Part shown: piece by piece, positions 36,994 through 46,711 of the stretch
Layout: every line of letters begins with the position of its first letter
How positions within the stretch are numbered: the first letter of the stretch is position 1
Virus record (IMG/VR): IMGVR_UViG_3300031965_000432
Location: 1 to 54,466 of that record
DNA: 54,466 nucleotides
Source of the DNA: a virus
Lineage: Duplodnaviria; Caudoviricetes
Reading direction: 5' to 3' (one strand)
The notes under the pieces: model-generated
What the model saw: the letters and a program-made list of their open reading frames with translations, nothing else
The model's database searches: none
What the model was told of the DNA's origin: nothing
Program-made: the position numbers and the translations under genes

Positions 36994-38988
36994 CTAAACG
37001 TCCATCAGTTCAAGCGCCTCAAGCACGGCCTCGTCGTCCGGAATCACCACGTCCTCCAGCCAGCGTAACCCGCTCGCGCTCATCTCGCTCCGTGCACCGA
37101 GCGCGGCGCCAGACGCTATGCGCGGGATAACCGTAGGCGTGACCCTGGCCGGCCGCGGCAGCCGCGTTACAAGATGCGCCTCGCCATAGACGATGTGGGG
37201 CACCGGCTCAGGCTCTGGTACCTCCGGCTCCTGGAATGGCTCCGGCGCTCGGATTGGCTGCCGTGCGGGTGGTTTTGTCTCCCACGGGAGCGGCCACAAC
37301 GTCGGTCGACGCCGGCGCCAGAATCCGACCCCACCCTCGCTCGGTGGCGGCGTCGGTGGCGTCGGTGGCGTCGGTCCTGGAATGTGCGCGGTCAGGGTGG
37401 TATTCGAACTGAGCGCAGCCGCGCCAAATACCGTGACTGCGCCAGTTGCATTGAAGTCCGCGGTTACTTCTAGCGACGCCGACGCTTGCTCAGTTACATC
37501 TCCGACGCCGGTTAGCGTGGTCGTTGCGCTTAGCGATGCGGCGCCGGTAACAGTGCCCTCTACGTCGCCCGTAGCCTCGAGCGTCGTTGTAGAACTGAGC
37601 GCCGCATCGGCGAGGACTTCAATTTCGGCAGTGGCGGCGAGGCTGGCGCTTGCGCTTAGTGCGGCCGCGGATTCTGGATTTACCGAAGCGGAGGCGTCTA
37701 GGTCTGCCGCAGCACTTAGCGACGCAGCAACTTCGGTGGTTATGGACGCAGTGGCGTCTAGGTCAGCAGTGGCGGTAAGTGTGGCGGCAGATTGCTCGTG
37801 GACGATGGCGGCTGCATCGAGGTCCGACGTCACGGATAGCGATGCCGCCCCTGTAACTATGCCCGCATCGGATGCCGTAGCCGTTAGCACGGACGTACTA
37901 CTTAGCGCGGCCGCGCCCTCAATCGCGACTTCCGCAGTAGCGTCTAGGTCGGCCGTTGCGGAGAGTTGCGCTTCGGCAGCGGTCGCTAGGTGTGCCGTGG
38001 CATCCAGGTCGCCCGTTGCCGATAGCGCCGCCGCGCCTGTAACCGTAGGCGATCCAGTCGCCGTCAGGGTGGATGCAGCCGTGAACGCAGCCGCTCCCTC
38101 AATGGTCAACTCACCTGTTGCATCGAGGTCCGACGTCGCGCTAAGTGCGGCAACCGCGGGAATCGTTAGCTCTGCCACCGCGTCTAGGTCTGCCGTCGCA
38201 CTGAGCGCGGCTATCGCCTGTTGCTCGACAAGCGCAGTGGAGTCCAGGTCCGCCGTAACGGTTAGTGCGGAAGCGCCTTCAACAACGGCGCCCCCGGACG
38301 CGGGGCGTAGCGCCAGGATGTGCCAGTTGCCGTTGTCGCCCCCTAGCGCAGTTTGGCGGTTCGTGACAGCGCCAGAGCCGCCCGCACTCGCAACCTCTAG
38401 GTAACCAGCCGAGATAGACGAGTCGGTGCCAGTCTGGTTACGCCATTGCGTCTCGCCGCTCGGGTTAGCCCATACGGCAGTCTGTATCGCCCACTGGTTG
38501 TCGTCCTTGGTCGCCCAGAACGCGATCACCATCGCGCCATCGGTCTGCGTCGTGATCTCTGGGATGGTGATGTCGAACGGGCCGGGGTTGCCGGGCGCCG
38601 TAAAGTTCGCGCTCGCCTCCGCAACGTCGATCGCGGTTGCGGCGTCCACGCCACGGAAGACAAGCATCACGCCGTTGATGTTGCTCGCGCCGCCACTGGA
38701 AATCGTGAACACCGGGTCGGCATCCCACGTGCCGTTGAACCGACATCGCAGGATTTGAGTCAGCGTATTAGCGCCGTTACCGCGCTGGGCATCCGCTTCC
38801 CACGTCTGCCCGCCCGTGGTCGATGCGCTAAACGTGAGCGCGCCGCTCGTGGTGGAATACCGACAAATCACGACCACGTAGTCGTCCGCCAGCATGGACG
38901 CGGGCGGTGTGAGCACTACATCGGGACCGCCGAGCGAGCCTTCGTCAGCCGGGTTCGCGGTGCGACCGAAATAGGCGATGGCCATCAT
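36994..38988 (-). CDS. repeat-rich putative virion fibre/decoration protein
   Basis: N-terminal beta-rich domain, then ~20-aa A.LSATADLDA.A repeats and a Pro-rich linker. Confidence 0.65.
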   Translation of the reverse strand: MMAIAYFGRTANPADEGSLGGPDVVLTPPASMLADDYVVVICRYSTTSGALTFSASTTGGQTWEADAQRGNGANTLTQILRCRFNGTWDADPVFTISSGGASNINGVMLVFRGVDAATAIDVAEASANFTAPGNPGPFDITIPEITTQTDGAMVIAFWATKDDNQWAIQTAVWANPSGETQWRNQTGTDSSISAGYLEVASAGGSGAVTNRQTALGGDNGNWHILALRPASGGAVVEGASALTVTADLDSTALVEQQAIAALSATADLDAVAELTIPAVAALSATSDLDATGELTIEGAAAFTAASTLTATGSPTVTGAAALSATGDLDATAHLATAAEAQLSATADLDATAEVAIEGAAALSSTSVLTATASDAGIVTGAASLSVTSDLDAAAIVHEQSAATLTATADLDATASITTEVAASLSAAADLDASASVNPESAAALSASASLAATAEIEVLADAALSSTTTLEATGDVEGTVTGAASLSATTTLTGVGDVTEQASASLEVTADFNATGAVTVFGAAALSSNTTLTAHIPGPTPPTPPTPPPSEGGVGFWRRRRPTLWPLPWETKPPARQPIRAPEPFQEPEVPEPEPVPHIVYGEAHLVTRLPRPARVTPTVIPRIASGAALGARSEMSASGLRWLEDVVIPDDEAVLEALELMDV
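37385..38280 (-). repeat. ~15 degenerate ~20-aa (60-nt) tandem repeats
   Basis: e.g. QAIAALSATADLDAVAELTI / PAVAALSATSDLDATGELTI; boundaries approximate. Confidence 0.75.
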
Positions 38989-39004
38989 TCCGGCCTCAAA
39001 CTAC

Positions 39005-39385
39005 TCAGGAAAAAGTGTCGTCAAGGTCGCCCGTCGGCACGACGAACGAATCCCCGGCGTTGACGATCTTCGCCGACGTCAGCGCGCCGCCCTTGAGGAA
39101 CGTGCCGTCCGTGTTCGCCGTCCACACACCCACATGAGTCACGCCCGATCCGCCGACGGCGGGCATGTCCGCAAACGTGATATCGGCGTCGCTGGTAATA
39201 GCGCCCGTCGCGGCTGCAGCCATGCTTATCGCCTGGCGGATATAACTACCGCCAGCGATTTCGTTTGCGCCGGTCGTGCCCGGATCGCCGTCGTGCAACG
39301 ACAAAAACGGCGTTGCGACGGAGTACGCGTCGGCGTTGTATATCGCATCCAACAGTTCGTTAGCTAAGGTCTGACTGACGCCCAT
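39005..39385 (-). CDS. small virion structural protein
   Basis: LANELLD, LSLH.GDPG..GANE..GGSY.RQ, TH.G.W....G.FL..G.L...K.V..GD motif. Confidence 0.75.
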   Translation of the reverse strand: MGVSQTLANELLDAIYNADAYSVATPFLSLHDGDPGTTGANEIAGGSYIRQAISMAAAATGAITSDADITFADMPAVGGSGVTHVGVWTANTDGTFLKGGALTSAKIVNAGDSFVVPTGDLDDTFS

Positions 39386-42323
39386 TGCTCTCCGGCTCCT
39401 TTGGCTCGAACGACTCCACGATCTCCGAAATTAGACCACGCTCGTCTCGTACGACCCTGCGTACTCGCTGAATCCGTGCGCGATCCTGCGCCGGCGCCAT
39501 GCCCGCCGCTGCATCCGCCTCGTCGAACGCCTCCATGATCCGCTGTCGCGCATAAGGCACAAGGCTCTCGCGTACGTACGTAGCGTTCCGCGCCGTCGCC
39601 TGCCGTATACGCTGCTGGTCAAGGTCCGATAACATTCGCCCCGGCGCCGCGAGCCGGTACGCCTTCGGTAGTTCGCGATCACCGAGCGCAAGCAGTTCGG
39701 CCTCGAAGTCTTGTATCAGCGGTGGCAACCGGCGTGAGCGTTCTTCGGGCGCAAGGTCGAGTAGCTCACGCGCCGCGCGATCGATGAACCGCTGCGCCGA
39801 TGCTACGAGCTTGTCCTGGTACGCGTTGGTCGCACGTCCCATGCGCTCATGCGCGTCGCGGCCTTTGAGTGCTCGAGCGCCGCCCGTGGCCTGCGTACCG
39901 GATACGTCTTCGTCGACCATCTCGCCCTCAGTACGACCTTGCTCATTCGCCTGCGTATCGTCGTTGACGGCAGCGTTGGGCAGTTTGTCTTCTTCGGTCA
40001 TTAGGTCCAACGCCTCTTGTGGAATATCGCCATCCTGCTGGAGCAACTGACGCGCCACCGCCGGCGTGAGCACGCCCGTGGTTGTGTAGATCTGAAATCG
40101 TTCGGCACGAAGCTTTCTGGCCTGCTCCTCACGCTGCTCGAAATCCGGATCGGACTCATCCCATCGAAACGTCACGCTGCGAGGCAGTACGCCGTAGAAG
40201 TTCAGCAGATGGGCAAGCTTCTTTATGAACAGGCCCTGCCCCTTGCCCCGTGATTTCATCGCAAGGGTCTCGGCCTCGGCACCGGTACCAATCCCACGCC
40301 CCGGCAGCGGTGCAAAATCCTGGTAATCGCGCCCGAACGCCATCGCCACCTGTGCGATGTACCACTTGTTCCAGACCTCGTAGTCGAAGCCCTCGGGCAG
40401 GCTAGCGAGGTTGATCTGCGTTGTGTTGAGATTGAGGCTCGGATCAATTCCACCCATTAGCACTGGTGGCATGAACCGGACCGATCCACGGTTGTCCGCG
40501 TTCTCTTTGGCCTGTCGAATCGCATCCGTTATCTGCTTGGTCTGTACGCCGGATACTAGCCATATGCTCGTTGGGTCCCGCCCGGATATCTTTTCGTCCT
40601 GGTACTGCTGGACCGATCGCATGATCTGCGCCGCTTTGAGCACGCGGGTAAGCGCGCAGTTGTGAACCACCACGCCAGCCGTGATGAAGTTGTGATTTCC
40701 TTCGACATCGATGCAATACACGGTCTGTGCTGATGGCGGTCCATCCCGACTGACGACCGCGCGATCAATGAATCGTTCGGCCGTTCCAAGGTTCCACCGG
40801 CCCATATCAAACGGTTCAGATTCGGGCGGTAGCTTATAGCGCATGGAGGGCGGAACAAGGGGCGCGATGTACGCGAATAGGGCTGCGCTGCCTTTGACGC
40901 TGAACCCCAGGTGATAACCGTCGATGTCCTTACCGGCTCTATAGAGACGGCAATCGAACCCCGCCGCCGTGAGGATGTCGGCTGCGCCCTGAACATCTTC
41001 ATCGGGATACCCACATGTTCCGATTCGGGCCGTCGGACGGCGGTTGTGGTCATCGCTGAGGCGCTTGTAAATAGTGCCGTCGTCTAGGTACCACGCGGCC
41101 AATAGCTCAGGTGACAGGTGGCGCTTCAGAAGGTCCAGAGGAATGCGCTTCTCACCGTTCCGATAGAACGTCGAGCGCAATCCCACGAAAGCCGCCTGTG
41201 CTTTCGTCATGGAGTGCGACATGCCCCGCACTTCGTCGTGCCACTGAGTCCATCCGAATTCGGAGAGAGCCGCATGCTTGAGTTCTAGCCAGTCAGCATT
41301 GCGTGTTAGGTGCGAAACGGAGAGAGATGCGCGATCGCCAGTGCGCCGCATACTGGCATCGCCCAGCATGGTTCCAATGACGAGTCGTATCTGACGGCTG
41401 TTCGGAGACGGCGCCTCGGTCACGATGGGGTCGCCCGGTTGCAACCGCCCGGCGTTCACCCACCCACTCGGCGTCAGAATTGGATGGTCCTCGGTAACCC
41501 AAGAATTACGACTCTTGTCACCGCGCGTGAGTTGAGACAACGCTCCTCGCACGTTGACCCAAGAGCGACCGTTTCGCTGGTTTTCATACCAAGCCGTAAT
41601 TGGGCGTGGCTCCAACTCACCGCGCTCATTGACCGACAGCACAAGGCGATTTGATTTTTCACGTACTAGTGTGCGAATGCGTTCCGACGTTCCATCGGCC
41701 ATGCGTACCTGCGAATCGCCAGCTAGGCAATACTGGATCCCTCGATCCCACTCACTCGCGCTGGGAAGTTCGGCCACGATGATTACCTGGTGCCGCTTGA
41801 GCTCGTGGCGTTTACCCTCACGATCCCAGTAGACCACCGGTCGGAACGGATCACCCGTCCGCAGACATCGCCGCGCGTCTAGCGTCTTGATGCCCACTAC
41901 AGCATCGGTCTCGCTGGGGCCACGACGCACGATCTCGATGAATGCGCCATTGTCCTGGCTATACAGATCGAGGCTTAGCTGGGTGATGAATCCCGTCCAG
42001 CCATCGCCCCAGTTAGCCTCGTGGAGCATGTCCTGAGCGGCACGGACGGTATTCGGTGGGCCTTCAAGCTCCCACGTCAGAGACGCATTCTGGGCAGCGA
42101 CGGTGTAGACCGCGCTCGATAGCACGGTCTCTTGTGAGATGAACTGACGTAGCTTCTTGTCGCGCTCGCGGTGCGTCGACCATCCCCACGGCGGCGTATC
42201 GTCGGCGGCGCTCGCCAGCCACAGAACACCCTCGCTGCCGAACATGCCGCCGAAGCCCTGGCTCGGGTCGAATGGGTCCTCAACGGATCGGCGGATCGCC
42301 TGCGTCGAACGATCTTCTGCCAT
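39360..42323 (-). CDS. portal protein with intein and C-terminal extension
   Basis: Follows TerL; DNGAFIE, IA.AFG.D..DF, G..T....R; intein at 40659-41729. Confidence 0.8.
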   Translation of the reverse strand: MAEDRSTQAIRRSVEDPFDPSQGFGGMFGSEGVLWLASAADDTPPWGWSTHRERDKKLRQFISQETVLSSAVYTVAAQNASLTWELEGPPNTVRAAQDMLHEANWGDGWTGFITQLSLDLYSQDNGAFIEIVRRGPSETDAVVGIKTLDARRCLRTGDPFRPVVYWDREGKRHELKRHQVIIVAELPSASEWDRGIQYCLAGDSQVRMADGTSERIRTLVREKSNRLVLSVNERGELEPRPITAWYENQRNGRSWVNVRGALSQLTRGDKSRNSWVTEDHPILTPSGWVNAGRLQPGDPIVTEAPSPNSRQIRLVIGTMLGDASMRRTGDRASLSVSHLTRNADWLELKHAALSEFGWTQWHDEVRGMSHSMTKAQAAFVGLRSTFYRNGEKRIPLDLLKRHLSPELLAAWYLDDGTIYKRLSDDHNRRPTARIGTCGYPDEDVQGAADILTAAGFDCRLYRAGKDIDGYHLGFSVKGSAALFAYIAPLVPPSMRYKLPPESEPFDMGRWNLGTAERFIDRAVVSRDGPPSAQTVYCIDVEGNHNFITAGVVVHNCALTRVLKAAQIMRSVQQYQDEKISGRDPTSIWLVSGVQTKQITDAIRQAKENADNRGSVRFMPPVLMGGIDPSLNLNTTQINLASLPEGFDYEVWNKWYIAQVAMAFGRDYQDFAPLPGRGIGTGAEAETLAMKSRGKGQGLFIKKLAHLLNFYGVLPRSVTFRWDESDPDFEQREEQARKLRAERFQIYTTTGVLTPAVARQLLQQDGDIPQEALDLMTEEDKLPNAAVNDDTQANEQGRTEGEMVDEDVSGTQATGGARALKGRDAHERMGRATNAYQDKLVASAQRFIDRAARELLDLAPEERSRRLPPLIQDFEAELLALGDRELPKAYRLAAPGRMLSDLDQQRIRQATARNATYVRESLVPYARQRIMEAFDEADAAAGMAPAQDRARIQRVRRVVRDERGLISEIVESFEPKEPESNGRQSDLS
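40659..41729 (-). mobile_element. Portal intein with in-frame LAGLIDADG endonuclease
   Basis: CLAGDSQV, TEDHP, GTMLGDAS, AWYLDDG, VYCIDVEGNHNFITAGVVVHN|C. Confidence 0.93.
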
Positions 42324-42381
42324 TAGTCCCGCATTGGGTCTGTATTACCCCTGCATCGGTCTTACGTAGTGTACGTGTTTC

Positions 42382-44862
42382 TTACGCCTGGTATCGACGG
42401 GTCCATAGCCCGTAGCGAGTGCAGTCACAATTCGAAACAAGTATGCCGTTTGCTATGTACTCGTGCGCGCCCTCAACCGTTAGATTGAAAACGTCCGCGC
42501 GCTCCCCGAGATCGTCTACGTGTTCCACATAGTCGGGAGCAGAACCTAGCTCGATCGTATCGATTCGACGTGAAGAGCTGCCCACAAAGCTCGCATGGCT
42601 TGGTGACATTATCGAGCCCTTGAGCACGACGCCATGCGCTTTTACACCGGTTTGAACAAAACCGGGTGCCCTTGGCGTCGGCATTCCGAGATCGGTAACC
42701 CGCGCCGCACTGGTCACACTGGTAGTCCCGAAACGGGGCATTCGCCCAAATCCGTGCGCCGTGCAAGCGATGCCACGCTCTCCCCTCCGGCGACCGGTGC
42801 CAATGCACCGCTGCCCTTTGCGCCTTTGCCAATCCCTCCGGATTACCCGGATGCTCGTGAAGTCGTTGATGCGCAGTGCCCTCAATCGACTCAAGGTTTG
42901 AGAGGTTGTTGTTGAGCGGGTTTCCGTCCCGATGATGAACGTGCCATCCACGCGGGATCGTTCCATGCGCGGCTTTCCAGACGGCCCGGTGTAAGTACGT
43001 TTCACATCCACGCGTGTGTGTTCGCCGGTAGTAGGTTCGGAGAGAAATCTTTGGGCTGTTTGGGTAACGCCGATACTCGACGCCACCAAACACGATTCGG
43101 TCGACTGCCATACCAACATCCTATCACCGTATCGCAATCCATTCAACGGAACCCAGCCGCGCCCGTCGATCCAGACCGGGTGATTGGGCGTTCCCCGAAG
43201 TGCTCGGCCGTCACTGGTTGTGAGTGTCACCACGGGAACCAGTGATCCTGTCTGCGCCTGTCTAGTAACTAACCGCCACCCATACCGCGTCCACGCCCGG
43301 TCTCCAACGACCACCGATTCAATAGGGATATCGCCGCGTGCGGTAGTTACGAGCGTCCCGGCAGCGAAGCAACCATGGTCGTCAATCTTCACCGGCTTGG
43401 GCTGTCCGGTACCCTGCCGTGCCGTAGCCGCGTCGCCTTCCGCATAGTGTAGCGATTGCATCTCACGGATCAGGTTCCGGCAACGAGGATGCACGCGTAG
43501 TAATGCGCGGTCGTTGCCGTCACGCACGAACGAGCGTGTGACCTTGACGCCCTCCTCGACACTATGCGTCGCGCCGAAGGTCTGGATGCCCAGCTCCCAG
43601 ATGCGCGCCTTGAGTTCGACTGCGCTGGAATCCACGTAGGCGATCTCCGGCGCCGGCCACGGCCACGATGCACCTACGCTTAGGCCAGGTAGCTTTGCGC
43701 CTGCATCATGGCGGTCGTCGTCCTTGAGGTTCGGCCAGCGATCCAAGGCTTCGACCCGTACGCCTAGACAATCGGCCACGGTGCGCTCCGCTAGCGCCTG
43801 GGTCTGGTAGCACTCCCCGATAACGTTCACGCCGCCATCGGATCGTTCCTGTGCGAACAGTACGACGCGCGGATGGTAGCTAGCCGAGCCTGGTCCGCCG
43901 CCATGCGCGTAGCCATCATCGACCCACCATTCGATAGATCTCGCAGGGTCATACTCTGCGAGGTCATCCACGTTGTCGGTTGTCCAGTTGTCAAACACCA
44001 GCCCCTCGAGCCCGACGAACCGGCCTTCTAGCTCCTGCTCGGCCATCAGACCCACGTAGATGGCCTTGAGGCTGGCGTAGTACGCGGGGTCGAGGTTGTC
44101 GGCGTTCTGATCAATCGATCCGTGGAACGTCTCGATTAGCTGCTGGTCGCCGAGCGCCGCGCGAAGCGCCATGAGCACGCGCTCGGATTCCTCGGGGTCG
44201 TCGCTGAACTGCTGACGGTGCAGAACGTTATAGAGCCAGTGCCCAATGCCGCGCGGCGTGGTAGTGATCCACATCTGTGGGCTAGGTCCGACGCGTACAG
44301 TAGCCAGCAGCACGTCGAACGCGCCGCGGTCCATTTTCCGGGCCGCCTCATCGAACCAGACCCAATTGAGGTTCGGGCCTCGCCACGCGTCGGGATCTTC
44401 GATGCCGCCGTACCAGACGTTAGCGCCGGTGCTGAACGTTAGCCGTTTGTGCTGCTTGTTGTGGTTGGTGACGAGGTTCCAGGGTATCCAACGCTCCGCC
44501 TCGGGCCATGTGGATAGTGAGAAGTGCGGAACGTTCGGTCCCACTATGGCGCCGTCGAGCCCTCGCCATATGCGCGGCGCGCCTTTCTGGATGCCGGCGG
44601 CCGTCTTCCCCGAACCACGGCCACCGACGAATGCGGCCACGCGTGCCGTACTAGCTAGGAACGCGCGCTGCCCGTCGCCTAGCGGTTCGTAGGTAGTGCC
44701 GTCGGCCTTGGTAAATCGAAGCTCGTCGTCTGGTCTGGTGATACGGTTCGCAACGAGTCGCTTCTTAGCTTCGACACGCGCGACGGCAATCGCGAACGCT
44801 TCGCGTACGTGCGACGCGATCGGCTTAGATTCTGGACTGCTACGCGCCGGGCTTTGTAGCAT
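42382..44862 (-). CDS. terL: terminase large subunit with intein
   Basis: GGRGSGKT, WFDEAA, TTTPRG, nuclease motif DHG|CD; start could also be 44889. Confidence 0.93.
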   Translation of the reverse strand: MLQSPARSSPESKPIASHVREAFAIAVARVEAKKRLVANRITRPDDELRFTKADGTTYEPLGDGQRAFLASTARVAAFVGGRGSGKTAAGIQKGAPRIWRGLDGAIVGPNVPHFSLSTWPEAERWIPWNLVTNHNKQHKRLTFSTGANVWYGGIEDPDAWRGPNLNWVWFDEAARKMDRGAFDVLLATVRVGPSPQMWITTTPRGIGHWLYNVLHRQQFSDDPEESERVLMALRAALGDQQLIETFHGSIDQNADNLDPAYYASLKAIYVGLMAEQELEGRFVGLEGLVFDNWTTDNVDDLAEYDPARSIEWWVDDGYAHGGGPGSASYHPRVVLFAQERSDGGVNVIGECYQTQALAERTVADCLGVRVEALDRWPNLKDDDRHDAGAKLPGLSVGASWPWPAPEIAYVDSSAVELKARIWELGIQTFGATHSVEEGVKVTRSFVRDGNDRALLRVHPRCRNLIREMQSLHYAEGDAATARQGTGQPKPVKIDDHGCFAAGTLVTTARGDIPIESVVVGDRAWTRYGWRLVTRQAQTGSLVPVVTLTTSDGRALRGTPNHPVWIDGRGWVPLNGLRYGDRMLVWQSTESCLVASSIGVTQTAQRFLSEPTTGEHTRVDVKRTYTGPSGKPRMERSRVDGTFIIGTETRSTTTSQTLSRLRALRINDFTSIRVIRRDWQRRKGQRCIGTGRRRGERGIACTAHGFGRMPRFGTTSVTSAARVTDLGMPTPRAPGFVQTGVKAHGVVLKGSIMSPSHASFVGSSSRRIDTIELGSAPDYVEHVDDLGERADVFNLTVEGAHEYIANGILVSNCDCTRYGLWTRRYQA
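42473..43111 (-). CDS. HNH endonuclease with Zn fingers, overprinted in the TerL intein
   Basis: LHRAVW...VHHRDGNPLNNNLSNLE....H...H; CDQCG..FCSNRC, CELCG..FCSRLC. Confidence 0.9.
   Translation of the reverse strand: MAVDRIVFGGVEYRRYPNSPKISLRTYYRRTHTRGCETYLHRAVWKAAHGTIPRGWHVHHRDGNPLNNNLSNLESIEGTAHQRLHEHPGNPEGLAKAQRAAVHWHRSPEGRAWHRLHGARIWANAPFRDYQCDQCGAGYRSRNADAKGTRFCSNRCKSAWRRAQGLDNVTKPCELCGQLFTSNRYDRARFCSRLCGTRRRSRGARGRFQSNG
43118..43146 (-). promoter_or_regulatory. internal promoter for the nested HNH gene (leaderless)
   Basis: TTGAAT-17-TAGGAT with extended TG; 6 nt before ATG 43111. Confidence 0.7.
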
Positions 44863-45310
44863 CGGCCAGGATGCGCTCGGCTTCGGCAACGGCGGCGCGG
44901 CGATCCTCGTCGCTCAATGCGTACTGCTCAGACAACTTCTGTAGCTCTCCCTGCATATCGATCTTGATGGGCGCGTCGAGTCCTAGGTACTTAGCCCGGC
45001 GATCCATGACACGAAGGATTCGATCCGTTACCGCGTGATCCAGTCCCTCGGATGCTTTGGCACGCTTCCAAAGGAACTTTAGGAGCTCATCAAGCCGCTG
45101 CAACTCTAATTGCCGGATCGTATCGGCTGGTTCTCGTCCGCGCTCCTCTAACTCCATTTCGATGAACTGCGCAGCGCGTTGATAGCTCACGCCCAACTCA
45201 CTACCGATCTGGTGGAGCGTCTTTCCTTCGACTCGCATTTGGAGCGCGCGCACGGCTTTTATCCGGGTGTTCGCACGCATGACGGAGTGTGCGGTCGTTC
45301 TACGCTGCAT
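44840..45310 (-). CDS. terS: terminase small subunit
   Basis: HTH (GKTLHQIG.ELGVS), LELQRLD, RRAKYLGLDAP; upstream of TerL; TAGGCT-6 nt-ATG upstream. Confidence 0.8.
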   Translation of the reverse strand: MQRRTTAHSVMRANTRIKAVRALQMRVEGKTLHQIGSELGVSYQRAAQFIEMELEERGREPADTIRQLELQRLDELLKFLWKRAKASEGLDHAVTDRILRVMDRRAKYLGLDAPIKIDMQGELQKLSEQYALSDEDRRAAVAEAERILADATKPGA

Positions 45311-45319
45311 GGTTCAAGC

Positions 45320-45466
45320 CTACCGCAACCCGTACGGCGATGATGGTCGCAACGAGTCAATGATCCCTGCCCACCAAGCAACGATCACGGCCAGGAGCCC
45401 GAAGATCAGAACCCCGACGCCGGTCCACGTCAATGCTTTGGCCATTGATATTAGGTCCTGGACCAT
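45320..45466 (-). CDS. small membrane protein
   Basis: Single TM segment; GGAG SD. Confidence 0.5.
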   Translation of the reverse strand: MVQDLISMAKALTWTGVGVLIFGLLAVIVAWWAGIIDSLRPSSPYGLR

Positions 45467-45779
45467 TCTCCACCCTCCAGGATCGGCTGGCCGTTGTCGT
45501 GCCAACCAAGTAAACGATACTCCACTTTACCGAGTCGGGATGCGATTTTGCGTTCGGCGGCGATACCCTTGGAATCGTCCCATCCCTCCATGGTGGCATC
45601 GATCAGCAGCGCGTCGCAGGAGCCGAGGAATCGCTCGTCGAACGCTTGCCAGTACTCCCAGTCGGTCGGGCCTCCTGACCGAACAGCAAGTGGGTGCGAG
45701 TGCACAATCGGAGCGAACACCGGCCATGAGCCGCGTCGTAGCGGCGTTCGCGAACGCCAGAGTCGGAGAGTAGCTTCAT
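45451..45779 (-). pseudogene. degenerate second DUF1937 gene (5' deletions, frameshift)
   Basis: ATG 45779 (MKL.SDSGVRERRY) is 59 nt from, and out of frame with, VFAPIVHSH...CDALL..EGWDDSKG; the IYLASPY motif is missing. Confidence 0.65.
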
Positions 45780-46711
45780 CGTTTCACCTCGAATACGTGT
45801 TGGATCATCGGGGCACCGGACGGTCCTTTGAGATACGGCGCGATCCAGATCGTTCGATGTCGATCAAGCGACGGGTACCATTGAGATCGATAGTGACCTG
45901 ATACCCACCACTGATGCCGGTATTCACGGTCTGCCGCGTCGAAGTCTCGCTGGGCATTTGAGGCTTCGCGACGCAGGGTTACAACGTGGAGAAGCGTCTC
46001 TGTTGACATGTGCGCGTCGCGCAAAGACTTGCGAATTGGTCGTGAAAGATGCAGGAGACTCGAACTGACATATGGAGAATTTATAAAGGCAATAAGCTTT
46101 GTCAGAATAGCCCACTCACTCGCTTCCACCTCTTGATTAGACGCGTCATTGCCGCCCAACCGTTGCCCATAATGACCCGTACGCCCCACGACCCCCAATC
46201 TGTCCTTTGCAATTCTACCCCCCATATACAGGAGAAGATTGCCCCGCTCGGGATTGTCTACAACAACGGTCCAGCCCCAGTCGAGTTCCTTCGCGTGATC
46301 TTGATCGCGTAATACCAGCTCGCCTTGCCAGAGAATGCTCATGCTAGGGTGTGGGAGGTCTACGTTGAGTGTGTAATCTGGCAGCGGCGCCGCTAGTGCT
46401 ATCTCTAAAATCCGTCTTGTTATAAAGTATGTGGGTGAATCGTGCAGGGTAAGCGCTAGTAGTACCAATCCACGGAAATCTCCATCAAAAGGAGCGGCGC
46501 CCAGTGCGGGATCGACGTCGCCGACAAGGACAAGCCCCGCGACCATGAACTGATACCCAATCGCCTCTACCGGTCCGGCGGGCCCCCAACGGTCCTCAGG
46601 TCCCGCCACCTCCATAGCATGTCGCGCGAGCGGATGATTCCACCAGGCGCGTGCAAGCGCCTGTCGCTTTTCCTCACTGCGTACAAGTTCAGCAATTTCC
46701 GAGGCGTTCAC
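45776..46711 (-). CDS. hypothetical protein with conserved phage C-terminal motif
   Basis: W.VSGH.RSQWYPS...H..IWIAPY.KGP; visibly more AT-rich interior. Confidence 0.7.
   Translation of the reverse strand: MNASEIAELVRSEEKRQALARAWWNHPLARHAMEVAGPEDRWGPAGPVEAIGYQFMVAGLVLVGDVDPALGAAPFDGDFRGLVLLALTLHDSPTYFITRRILEIALAAPLPDYTLNVDLPHPSMSILWQGELVLRDQDHAKELDWGWTVVVDNPERGNLLLYMGGRIAKDRLGVVGRTGHYGQRLGGNDASNQEVEASEWAILTKLIAFINSPYVSSSLLHLSRPIRKSLRDAHMSTETLLHVVTLRREASNAQRDFDAADREYRHQWWVSGHYRSQWYPSLDRHRTIWIAPYLKGPSGAPMIQHVFEVKR

Larger units (their letters stand above)
42430..43371 (-). mobile_element. TerL intein hosting an out-of-frame HNH gene
   Basis: CFAAGTLVTT, TPNHP, VFNLTVEGAHEYIANGILVSN|C. Confidence 0.92.

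Noticed and set aside
37193-38404. 403-aa plus-strand ORF and other long antisense ORFs (e.g. 23947-24816, 51760-52416)
   Set aside because: They are antisense shadows of GC-rich genes with no motifs, unlike the nested same-strand nuclease ORFs.
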